Assembly: GCA_965222605.1 (NCBI GenBank)
Contig: OZ244960.1
Location: forward strand, 1,856,001 to 1,920,000
Origin: Candidatus Latescibacterota bacterium
GTDB lineage: Bacteria > Latescibacterota > UBA2968
Reading direction: 5' to 3'
Length of the DNA: 64,000 nucleotides
The notes under the pieces are model-generated. The model did not search any database. It was not told the origin of the DNA and was given only the letters and a program-made list of their open reading frames with translations. This document shows positions 41,755 through 50,463 of the stretch, piece after piece. A program made the translations under genes and the position numbers. Within the stretch, counting starts at the first letter, position 1. Each line of letters begins with the position of its first letter.

Positions 41755-44700
41755 ATGAACACAGTTGACCGGCCAAACAGAGACGCGCTCAATAGTGCGT
41801 TGGACATCTACCGCGACGCCATGCGCCCGTTTATTGTCCGATGCCTGAAGAAGATTCGAGGCACACAGGTCGAAGATGTGATACGCAACGCGTTAAATGA
41901 CCGGCAGGCGGAGCAGTTCAGCCAAAACCTGCGTCAGAACGATAATATTGAAGCTGCTATAGACATCGATGAGTTCCCATTGCTCATCAGTAGAAACTGG
42001 CGCGACATTTTCTGGGAGCAGTTTGATGGGGAAATGACCGTGCAGAATAGGCTATGGCTGATTAAGGAGGCACGGGACAAAGCAGCGCATCCCGGGCAGC
42101 AGGATATGGACGCAGAGTACGTCCGAACCAATCTGTATCAAATCGTCGATGTGCTCGACAAAATCAATGTACCGACACAGAAGCAGGCAGTAGAAAAGAT
42201 CAGGGATCAACTCGTCAACCCTGCCAGTCAAAGCGATCTTGCTATCGCACCGGCACAGGAGCAGAGCGAACCCACAACGCAACCCTCCCGTTCAAGTGGC
42301 AACCTCACACCCTGGCGCGAAGTGATTCGACCCAATACAGATGTTCAGCAGGGAATTTTTCAGGAAGCAGAGTTTGCAGCAGACTTGCAGCAGGTATATG
42401 ATGGACGCGCCAGTGCCACAAATTACGGCAACCCGGTCAGTTTCTTCAATCACACGTATATCACCCCAGGCATCCGCACATTACTGGTAAACACGTTAAA
42501 GCGGCTTAGCGGCAATGGTGGCGATCCAGTTATCCAAACCAAAACGGGCTTCGGCGGAGGCAAGACCCACAGCCTGATCGCGCTCTATCACCTGGTGAAC
42601 AGCACCGATGCCTTGACCAATCCTACTGGAAATGGGCAATCCGAGCAGACCTACAATGAAATACACGGCTTGATGGAAGAGGCTGGGCTGGACACAAGCA
42701 GCGGTATTCAGGCTCGCGTCGCCGTGCTCGATGGGACGTATCTTTCATCCACCGATACAACAAAGACCAGAGAAAAGGACGACCCGCTAAATACACTGTG
42801 GGGGATGATGGCTTACCAGTTGGGTGGACAGGAGGCTTACGACATCGTAGGTCAAGCCGCACGCCAAGGCACAGCACCCGGCGGTGCTCAACTCGATCAG
42901 CTATTCGAACATGTCGCACCCTGTGTCATTCTTATTGACGAACTTGTAGCGTATGTACGCAATGCTGAAAGCGCACAGGACAACATTTACACCTTCGTCC
43001 ATGCACTCACCCAATCTGTCCGCAGGAACGACAAAACTGCTCTGGTTGTAACCCTGCCCGAAAGCAGCATTGAGGCGGGAAGCGATGCCGGTATGGAAGC
43101 CCTCAGTCGGCTTGAGCACCTCCTGGGTCGCATCGAAGCCGTGTGGGAACCCCTTGAAGTCAACGAGGCATTTGAAGTGGTGCGCCGACGGCTCTTTGGC
43201 AATGTTATAGACGAAGCGGAAAGAGATCGCACCTGCGAAAGATTCTCGAGGATGTACAATTCTCGAGACTACCCTCAAGGAACCAGTGAACAGCGTTATT
43301 TGGAACGCATGAAGGCGTGTTATCCCATTCACCCTGAGATATTCGACCGCCTCTATGAGGACTGGTCTGCTATTCCTCAGTTCCAACGCACGCGCGGCGT
43401 ACTTCGGATGATGGCACATTGCGTCAGCCGCCTGTATCTCAACAGCGATTCTTCTCCGCTGATCATGCCGGGCAATCTGACCTTAAGCGATGCAGCATTG
43501 GCCAACGAATTTGTCAGGTTGCTTGGTAGCCAATGGAGTCCAGTCCTATCTGAGGTAGATAGTGACGGCTCCAGGACCGACAATATAGACCGTTCTTACC
43601 AACGATTTGCCAATGTCGGAGGCGCAGCGCGGCGCATAGCTCGTGCCATATTTCTCGGCAGTTCCACAAGCGGTGCCATGAAGGGTATTGATGCCCGCCA
43701 GATTCGCCTGGGCGTCGTCCAACCCGGACAGGGCGTCTCGCTCTATAACGAAGCCCTCAATCGCATGAGCGGCGACCTCTACTATCTCTACAGCAGCGAC
43801 GACCGGTACTATTTTCACGTAGAGGAAAACCTCAATAAAGTCGTCACAGATCGTGCGGGCGCATTGAACAATAGAGAAATCAACGAACACATAGTCAATG
43901 AAATACAAGAGGCTGTCAGACGTCAATCGCAAGTTATAATATGTCCAGATGATTCCAGTGCTGTGCCCGAATCGGATGAGGTGCGCCTGGTGATCCTGCC
44001 GCCTGACAAACCCCTGCCAAGCAGGTCAAGGGAACGCGACGACGCCACACCAGAGGCATTGCACATCCTCCAGAACCGCGGCGACGCAAGTCGGATTCGC
44101 AGAAACACCCTGCTCTTCCTGACCGCCAAGAATGACGAAATTCGCACCCTGCGCAATGCGGTCAGGCAATATCTGGCCTGGCACTCCATCGTCAATGGCG
44201 CAAATCGGCTCGAAAACCTCTCAGGCGACCGTCTAAGACAGGCCCAAAACAGCATCAGAACAGCGGGATCAGAGATACGGACCTCTCTGGTCAGTGCCTA
44301 CCGCTGGGCCATGGCACCCGTGCAAGATGACCCGCAAAAAGCCGAATACCGAATGAACGAATTGCAGATCAATGCCCAGGATACCGGTGAGATTATCCAG
44401 AGTGCGTTCAATATATTTATCAGAGAAGATGCTCTCGTCGAAAACATATCTCCTTCCGCACTTACCAGTATGCTGAATCAATACGTGTGGAAAAATGAGA
44501 CCTACCGCGACCACATCGATATGGATACCCTGTGGAATATGATGACGAATAATGTTTACATGCATCGTCTGCGGAATAAGGACGTTCTGATAAGATGCAT
44601 TGAGCAAGGCGTGACTGAGCGCGAATTCGGATATGCCGCAAGTCACTATAAAGACGATTACAAGGGTCTCCGTTTTGGCGAACCAATGTCTGATGTGCCA

Positions 44701-45096
44701 ATTATAGCAGATAGCGATTCAGGGCTTTTGGTCAATCCCGAAATGGCCCTACTCATAAAGGAAGAAACACCAGAGGAAGAAACGCCGACGCCAACTGACG
44801 ACACAGAGACCTACACCACCGAAGAACCTACCGAAACCGACCATTCTGTAACACCACCAACACAGCGCGGTCCCAGGCACATCACTGCCACCAAGACGAT
44901 GCAGAGCGATATTTCCCTGGATGATGTCAACCTATTGCGCGAAGAGATTATCCGTAACCTGCGCGACGATGGCGGGGAAATAACCATTAGCATTACCATC
45001 AATGCCAAAAAATTAGATGGCTTCTCTGAAAGTATTGCTCGCTCCGTGCGAGAGAACAGCACCCAGCTTAGTATTGATTTTGAACAAAAGCTATGA
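41755..45096 (+). CDS. Swt1-like HEPN + DUF499 AAA+ ATPase
   Basis: N-terminal ARDKAAH (RxxxxH); PWREV..EFAADL; TGFGGGKTHSL; ILIDELV; YPIHPE; FQRTRGVLR. Confidence 0.88.
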   Translation: MNTVDRPNRDALNSALDIYRDAMRPFIVRCLKKIRGTQVEDVIRNALNDRQAEQFSQNLRQNDNIEAAIDIDEFPLLISRNWRDIFWEQFDGEMTVQNRLWLIKEARDKAAHPGQQDMDAEYVRTNLYQIVDVLDKINVPTQKQAVEKIRDQLVNPASQSDLAIAPAQEQSEPTTQPSRSSGNLTPWREVIRPNTDVQQGIFQEAEFAADLQQVYDGRASATNYGNPVSFFNHTYITPGIRTLLVNTLKRLSGNGGDPVIQTKTGFGGGKTHSLIALYHLVNSTDALTNPTGNGQSEQTYNEIHGLMEEAGLDTSSGIQARVAVLDGTYLSSTDTTKTREKDDPLNTLWGMMAYQLGGQEAYDIVGQAARQGTAPGGAQLDQLFEHVAPCVILIDELVAYVRNAESAQDNIYTFVHALTQSVRRNDKTALVVTLPESSIEAGSDAGMEALSRLEHLLGRIEAVWEPLEVNEAFEVVRRRLFGNVIDEAERDRTCERFSRMYNSRDYPQGTSEQRYLERMKACYPIHPEIFDRLYEDWSAIPQFQRTRGVLRMMAHCVSRLYLNSDSSPLIMPGNLTLSDAALANEFVRLLGSQWSPVLSEVDSDGSRTDNIDRSYQRFANVGGAARRIARAIFLGSSTSGAMKGIDARQIRLGVVQPGQGVSLYNEALNRMSGDLYYLYSSDDRYYFHVEENLNKVVTDRAGALNNREINEHIVNEIQEAVRRQSQVIICPDDSSAVPESDEVRLVILPPDKPLPSRSRERDDATPEALHILQNRGDASRIRRNTLLFLTAKNDEIRTLRNAVRQYLAWHSIVNGANRLENLSGDRLRQAQNSIRTAGSEIRTSLVSAYRWAMAPVQDDPQKAEYRMNELQINAQDTGEIIQSAFNIFIREDALVENISPSALTSMLNQYVWKNETYRDHIDMDTLWNMMTNNVYMHRLRNKDVLIRCIEQGVTEREFGYAASHYKDDYKGLRFGEPMSDVPIIADSDSGLLVNPEMALLIKEETPEEETPTPTDDTETYTTEEPTETDHSVTPPTQRGPRHITATKTMQSDISLDDVNLLREEIIRNLRDDGGEITISITINAKKLDGFSESIARSVRENSTQLSIDFEQKL

Positions 45097-46016
45097 AATA
45101 CTATTTAACCCGTGGAACCTTTGGAGCGACCGATCTTGAAATCGATGAAAACGACTACGAGGGCTACAACGAATCAAATAAGATACTCACAAGCTGTTTG
45201 TCGTTTGAAAAAAGCTATGAAATCCTGATCTTAAACTACATCGATCTGGAAAATGAGCGGTTATCATGGGCAACGCTTGAGATGGTAAGAGTCGTGCCGA
45301 CAGATGACTTTTTGAACGCGACACTCTCTTTAGATCGGCGAATGATAAACTTTTTATCAACGGCTCGTCTGCATATTGAACATCTTCAAAAACGGGGAGG
45401 AGACTGCGTGAGCGGTCAGTCCATTGAAGATGTCAAAGCTGTCATTAAATGTTTCTGCGATACCGAGAAGGCCAATAAGCCTGAATATAAGTTCATGTGG
45501 GACCTCCGAAATGAGGTGCTGCACTCGAGCTTACCAACTCGCTGGGTCAGTTTCTCTTCAAATCGGACGAACCCGTTTGATGATCCAAATTCAAAATTCG
45601 AGTATTCGCTAAACTTTGGATTGTTGAAATCGTTAGCCATGGGTTTTAAGCAGAACGAACTCGAGTCCATATCAAGCAATGACAAAATCGATTTGATGTC
45701 GGTTAGCAGGGTTTATATGGAATCACTCAGCACTATTCACGTAAAGTTTAGAGATTACATCGCAGAGTCGGTTTCTCAAGCGCGTAGCAAAATAGAAGAA
45801 GCGTTCCATCGGTACAAAAAAGTGTGCGAAGATAACCTAAATGGCCTGTATCTTTTGAAAGTCAATGACTCGTCTGATATTGTAGAAAAGCCATACTTGG
45901 TAGAACAGTCATACTTGTCTTTGTTCCATGATGATCGGCGTATTCAACTGCAAAAAAAGAATCGCAAGCTCGTCAACTTGCGTAATAGCCATGTAACTGG
46001 GAAACAGGCCGAGTGA
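45093..46016 (+). CDS. Hypothetical protein, possible HEPN RNase
   Basis: ATGA-coupled to DUF499 gene; lower GC; DLRNEVLH (RxxxxH). Confidence 0.65.
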   Translation: MKYYLTRGTFGATDLEIDENDYEGYNESNKILTSCLSFEKSYEILILNYIDLENERLSWATLEMVRVVPTDDFLNATLSLDRRMINFLSTARLHIEHLQKRGGDCVSGQSIEDVKAVIKCFCDTEKANKPEYKFMWDLRNEVLHSSLPTRWVSFSSNRTNPFDDPNSKFEYSLNFGLLKSLAMGFKQNELESISSNDKIDLMSVSRVYMESLSTIHVKFRDYIAESVSQARSKIEEAFHRYKKVCEDNLNGLYLLKVNDSSDIVEKPYLVEQSYLSLFHDDRRIQLQKKNRKLVNLRNSHVTGKQAE

Positions 46017-46122
46017 CGAGGGATGAACGGGTATTTCCTGTCAGAAGAATCTATGAAGTATGATAAATTACTATGCCGAAAATCGTGATAACGACTAACC
46101 GCATTAATGAAGAAAGAATGTT

Positions 46123-48930
46123 ATGACTACCCAACCCCAATACCGCCGTAAACTCATCGAAGTTGACCTACCACTGGATGATATTAACCGCGAATCCGCA
46201 CGCGAAAAGTCCATCCGGCACGGCCATCCCTCGACCCTGCACTTGTGGTGGGCACGCCGGCCCTTGGCCACCTGCCGTGCCGTCATTTTTGCCAGTATGG
46301 TAGATGACCCTTCCGAATGTCCCGACGAGTTTCCCGACGAAGAGACGCAACGCATTGAGCGCGAGCGGCTGCATGGGATCATCAAAGAACTGGTTAAGTG
46401 GGAGAATACGGACGAGAGCAAACCCGATGTGAAGGTACTCATAGCGGAAGCGCGGTACGAAATTGCTCGCTCAGTGGCACGCACACACGGCGAAACTGCA
46501 CCTAACGATCCGGCTAAAGTGCTACGCTATCTGAACAACAAGGCTCTACCCATCTACGATCCCTTCGCTGGCGGTGGCTCTATACCCCTTGAAGCGCAAC
46601 GGCTTGGACTACGTGCCATTGGCTCCGATCTCAACCCGGTGGCTGTCCTCATCAACAAGGCATTGATTGAACTTCCACACAAATTCAGAAATCGTCCACC
46701 CGTCAATCCCGATGCTGATTCGATGGGCATGACCGTGGGCAAGGGCAGAAGGGCACAGCGCGTCCCCTGGCGTGGTGTGGCAGGACTCGCAGACGATATC
46801 CGCTACTACGGCCAGTGGATGCGCGAAGAGGCGTATAAACGTATCGGTCATTTCTATCCAATGGTAAAACTGTCCGATGGTAGCGAGGCTACCATAATCG
46901 CGTGGCTGTGGGCGCGAACTGTTCCTTGCCCTAATCCAGCCTGCGGGATAAACATGCCGCTTATGCGAACATTTCAGTTGTCAAAGAAGCGCGGCAACGC
47001 GCACTGGACGAGGCCCATTGTTGATCGAGAAACAAAGACCATATCGTGGATCGTACAGGACAATTCCAATGGCGTTCCAACCGGCACGGTGGATCGCAAC
47101 GGCGCAACCTGCCTCGGCTGCGGCGGCGCGGTAAAGCTGACTTATGTGCGCGAACAGGCGCGGGCCGGTAACATGGACGAGGTTATGACGACGATAGTCG
47201 CAGAAGGCGACCGCAAGCGGCTATTCCTATCGCCCACTGACGAGCATATTCAAGCAGCGTTGAATGCAGAACCAGGATGGCGACCAAGCGGAAACTTACC
47301 TGAAAGGGCGTTGAGCTTTAGAGTACAGGCGTATGGTTTTACGAATTGGTACCAGCTTTTCACGGAAAGGCAATTGACTGCGCTGACTACGTTTAGCGAC
47401 TTGGTGCCTGAGGTTGGCGAACAGGCGATAAAAGACGGGGCTGATGGGGCGTATGCCGATACTATCTGTACTTACCTTGCATTGGCTATTGGAAGAGTTG
47501 CGAACGGGAGTTGTGGATTCACAGTGTGGAACGCCCCTGGAGAAAAAATTGAGGGGGTTTTTTCACGCCAGGCAATTCCAATGGCTTGGGACTTTCCTGA
47601 AGTCAATCTATTTTCAAGCTCAACGAAAAACTGGTTAGACCTCGTTGGTGCGATTAGCAAGGTTGTAGAGCGTCTGCCCGCTGATGTGAACGCAGGAGAA
47701 GCATATCAAGCCGATGCATCTACCACAATTTACGCCGAAAGTGGCCCGGTGATCGTTACCGACCCTCCTTATTACGACAACATCGGCTACGCCGATTTGT
47801 CCGATTTTTTTTATGCGTGGCTACGCCCGATGCTTAGGGACATCTATCCCGACCTATTTGCAGGAATTCTTGTTCCTAAAGATGAGGAAATGATTGCTAC
47901 TCCGTTCCGGTTTGAGAATCCACGCGAAAGATTCGAGGACTTGCTGAATAAGACTTTGCGATTGATACGGGAGCGCTGCTCGCCGGAGTTTCCATCGTCC
48001 ATTTTCTACGCCTACAAGCAACAAGAAAAGAAGAGGGGCGATAGAACATCAACAGGTTGGGAAACGATGCTTACGGCACTCGTCTCGGCTGGCTTTCAAT
48101 TAATCGGCACCTGGCCGATGCGGACTGAGCGTCCAACCGGTGTCAAAGTAGGTGCCAATGTGCTCGCTTCGTCCGTCATCCTCGTCTGCCGTCCGCGTCC
48201 AGATGATGCACCTGTTGCCACGCGCCGTCAATTCTTTGATGCACTGGAGAAAGAACTGCCTGAGGCCCTTGACCAACTCACGCAAGAAGGGCATATCGCC
48301 CCGACCGATCTCGCGCAAGCCGCCATCGGACCAGGGATGCAGATTTACTCGCGCTACAGCCGCGTAGAGACCATAAGTGGCGAGCCGGTGCCGGTGCGCG
48401 AAGCCTTGGCAGCTATCAACAAAGCCATTGCCGATTACGACGAACGGCAAGAGGGTGACCTGGATTCGGAGAGCCGCTTCTGCATGGATTGGCTGAAAAC
48501 TTATGGCTATGGAGAAGGACAATACGGCGAGGCAGAGACGCTGGCACGCGCCAAAAATGTAGCCATCAGCAACTTAAATTTGTACCGCTTGCTCACTGCT
48601 GAAGGAGGCAGGGTGAAATTGCTGCCAATTGACGAGTTTGGAGACAGCCGACCACTGACCCTGGGCAATATGACGGCCTGGGAAGGATGTTTCCGAATGG
48701 CATATCATATGAACCGCGAGGATGGTGGAGGCATTAAAGGCGCGGGCATGGTTGCGCGAGCGATGGACGGCAATGTGGAATCTATCGAACGACTGGCGCG
48801 CATCCTCTACGGACATTATGACCGCAAAGGCGACTCTCAAAACGCGGTTATCTTCAACAACCTCGTCACGTCCTGGCAGGATATTATCACGGAAATGCAG
48901 AATGAAGGTCAAAGAACGCTGGAGATATGA
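46123..48930 (+). CDS. DUF1156 adenine DNA methyltransferase with Zn ribbon
   Basis: KLIEV, LHLWWARRPL, DPFAGGGSIPLEA, CPNPAC/CLGC, TDPPYYDN. Confidence 0.92.
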   Translation: MTTQPQYRRKLIEVDLPLDDINRESAREKSIRHGHPSTLHLWWARRPLATCRAVIFASMVDDPSECPDEFPDEETQRIERERLHGIIKELVKWENTDESKPDVKVLIAEARYEIARSVARTHGETAPNDPAKVLRYLNNKALPIYDPFAGGGSIPLEAQRLGLRAIGSDLNPVAVLINKALIELPHKFRNRPPVNPDADSMGMTVGKGRRAQRVPWRGVAGLADDIRYYGQWMREEAYKRIGHFYPMVKLSDGSEATIIAWLWARTVPCPNPACGINMPLMRTFQLSKKRGNAHWTRPIVDRETKTISWIVQDNSNGVPTGTVDRNGATCLGCGGAVKLTYVREQARAGNMDEVMTTIVAEGDRKRLFLSPTDEHIQAALNAEPGWRPSGNLPERALSFRVQAYGFTNWYQLFTERQLTALTTFSDLVPEVGEQAIKDGADGAYADTICTYLALAIGRVANGSCGFTVWNAPGEKIEGVFSRQAIPMAWDFPEVNLFSSSTKNWLDLVGAISKVVERLPADVNAGEAYQADASTTIYAESGPVIVTDPPYYDNIGYADLSDFFYAWLRPMLRDIYPDLFAGILVPKDEEMIATPFRFENPRERFEDLLNKTLRLIRERCSPEFPSSIFYAYKQQEKKRGDRTSTGWETMLTALVSAGFQLIGTWPMRTERPTGVKVGANVLASSVILVCRPRPDDAPVATRRQFFDALEKELPEALDQLTQEGHIAPTDLAQAAIGPGMQIYSRYSRVETISGEPVPVREALAAINKAIADYDERQEGDLDSESRFCMDWLKTYGYGEGQYGEAETLARAKNVAISNLNLYRLLTAEGGRVKLLPIDEFGDSRPLTLGNMTAWEGCFRMAYHMNREDGGGIKGAGMVARAMDGNVESIERLARILYGHYDRKGDSQNAVIFNNLVTSWQDIITEMQNEGQRTLEI

Positions 48931-49307
48931 GTGTGAAACACGATAGCAGTTCAACAACGCCCTTCGCCCTGAAGTACCAGCTTGAGCAGGATATCCGTCC
49001 GTTCAATCGGGATAGCGTGCGCAACTTACCAAAAGATCGTTCAGGCGTGTACGCAATGTGGCTTCCCATCGGTGACGAAGGCGATTACGACTGTTTGTAC
49101 GTCGGCATGTCTCGGGTCTGTGTGCGGCAACGCCTCTTGCAGCACCTCTCCGATGAAGACAATCCCGAACTTCGACGCCAGCTTCGCATGTTCCGCGACA
49201 TCGTCCAGTTCTCAGCAGCATTTACCCAGGGTGTGCAACAGACTCGTGCGCTGGAGGCCTTGGTCATCCATGACTGGCAACCAGAAACGAATAGGATCCA
49301 CAAGTGA
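48927..49307 (+). CDS. Small GIY-YIG nuclease
   Basis: SGVY...LYVGMS...RQRLLQH...LEALVI...PETN; ATGA overlap with methylase. Confidence 0.8.
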   Translation: MSVKHDSSSTTPFALKYQLEQDIRPFNRDSVRNLPKDRSGVYAMWLPIGDEGDYDCLYVGMSRVCVRQRLLQHLSDEDNPELRRQLRMFRDIVQFSAAFTQGVQQTRALEALVIHDWQPETNRIHK

Positions 49308-49388
49308 ACGGTGGACACAGCCTGAGAGAGGTGAGGAAGTGAAGGTAGGATCGGTGCCTGAGTATCCTATCAAGACAAATGGCAGTAC

Positions 49389-49445
49389 AAAAAAATAGAC
49401 GCCCCTTGCGGAGCGTCGGGCCAACGATACTATCGTTGGGGTAGT
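49389..49445 (-). ncRNA. Putative double-hairpin small RNA, copy 1
   Basis: ACUACCCCAACGAU-AGU-AUCGUUGG CCC GACGCUCC-GCAA-GGGGCGUC UAUUUUUUU. Confidence 0.65.
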
Positions 49446-49452
49446 AAAAGAA

Positions 49453-49480
49453 AATCTACTAAAATATGTCATTCCGTCAA
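49453..49480 (-). promoter_or_regulatory. Promoter of sRNA copy 1
   Basis: TTGACG-16nt-TAGATT. Confidence 0.6.
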
Positions 49481-49492
49481 AAAAAGTTCTAT

Positions 49493-49549
49493 AATAAAGA
49501 AACGCCCCTTTCGGGGCGTCGGCCCAACGATACTACTCGTTGAGGTGGT
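49493..49549 (-). ncRNA. Putative double-hairpin small RNA, copy 2
   Basis: ACCAC CUCAACGA-GUAGUA-UCGUUGGG CC GACGCCCC-GAAA-GGGGCGUU UCUUUAUU. Confidence 0.65.
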
Positions 49550-49555
49550 ATGATA

Positions 49556-49584
49556 ATAATACTCAACGTAATATAATAAGTCAA
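49556..49584 (-). promoter_or_regulatory. Promoter of sRNA copy 2 (divergent from NYN gene)
   Basis: TTGACT-17nt-TATTAT. Confidence 0.65.
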
Positions 49585-49619
49585 TATTTGTTTCACTTTT
49601 TTTCTGGCAGGAGAGGCCA

Positions 49620-50243
49620 TTGATACAGCGAGTGTCGGTGTACATTGACGGGTTCAATCTCTACTACGGCCTCAGATCCAAGGGCTGGCGGCGTTACTAC
49701 TGGCTTGACCTTCGTCGTCTGGCTGAGAAACTGCTAATCCCTGACCAGCATTTGGTGGCGGTCAGGTATTTTACCGCTAAGATTCTGCATCAGACCGACG
49801 ACCCAAAAAAAAAGAGACGGCAGAATACCTACCTGGAAGCACTGGCTACGCTTCCAGACCTACACATCCATTACGGTTACTACCTTTCAAAGAACAGAAC
49901 CTGCTCGCAATGTGGCGCGACCAGGCAGACCTACGAGGAAAAAATGACAGATGTAAATATTGCCGTTGAGTTACTCAGCGACGCTCAGGATGATGCTTTC
50001 GATACGGCAATCATCATCTCTGGCGATAGTGATTTGTCAGGCCCGATAAGTTCTGTCTGCCAACGTTACCCAAAGAAACGGGTAATTGTAGCCTTCCCGC
50101 CAGAACGCAGTTCTTTCCAGTTGCAGCAGATGGCAACTGCATATTTTACCATAAGCCGCAAGAAACTCAGTGACAGTCAATTACCGGATCGGATCACCAA
50201 GACTGATGGCTACGTCCTCAGCAAGCCTCTGAAATGGCGTTAA
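49620..50243 (+). CDS. NYN-domain (LabA/DUF88, PIN-like) ribonuclease
   Basis: YIDGFNLYY, EEKMTDVNIA, ISGDSDL acidic motifs intact; CxxC insert; AGGAGAG RBS before TTG. Confidence 0.92.
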   Translation: MIQRVSVYIDGFNLYYGLRSKGWRRYYWLDLRRLAEKLLIPDQHLVAVRYFTAKILHQTDDPKKKRRQNTYLEALATLPDLHIHYGYYLSKNRTCSQCGATRQTYEEKMTDVNIAVELLSDAQDDAFDTAIIISGDSDLSGPISSVCQRYPKKRVIVAFPPERSSFQLQQMATAYFTISRKKLSDSQLPDRITKTDGYVLSKPLKWR

Positions 50244-50254
50244 TGACAGAACCT

Positions 50255-50310
50255 AAAAAAGAAACGCCCCTTTCGGGGCGTCGGGCCAACGATACTATCG
50301 TTGGGGTGGT
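50255..50310 (-). ncRNA. Putative double-hairpin small RNA, copy 3
   Basis: ACCACCCCAACGAU-AGU-AUCGUUGG CCC GACGCCCC-GAAA-GGGGCGUU UCUUUUUU. Confidence 0.65.
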
Positions 50311-50316
50311 AGAAGA

Positions 50317-50344
50317 AATCTACTTAAGTATGTAATTTCGTCAA
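50317..50344 (-). promoter_or_regulatory. Promoter of sRNA copy 3
   Basis: TTGACG-16nt-TAGATT. Confidence 0.6.
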
Positions 50345-50463
50345 GAAAAAGTTCTATTGGCGAATCGAAATTTGGCACGCAAGAATGCAATGACATAAAG
50401 TGGTAATATTCTTACATTTTATATTCCTTATGTCTATACCCCGTTGCATAGAAAGGAAATCTT

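Noticed and set aside
49308-49398. Possible 3' remnant of the missing SNF2 helicase gene
   Set aside because: An open stretch exists (…VGSVPEYPIKTNGSTKK*) but has no diagnostic motif; it cannot be supported without a search.
49389-50357. CRISPR array or plain terminators as the explanation for the three repeats
   Set aside because: Spacing is irregular, the 'spacers' are promoter-like and shared between copies 1 and 3, and there are no cas genes. The U-tracts face the minus strand, where no protein gene needs terminating.
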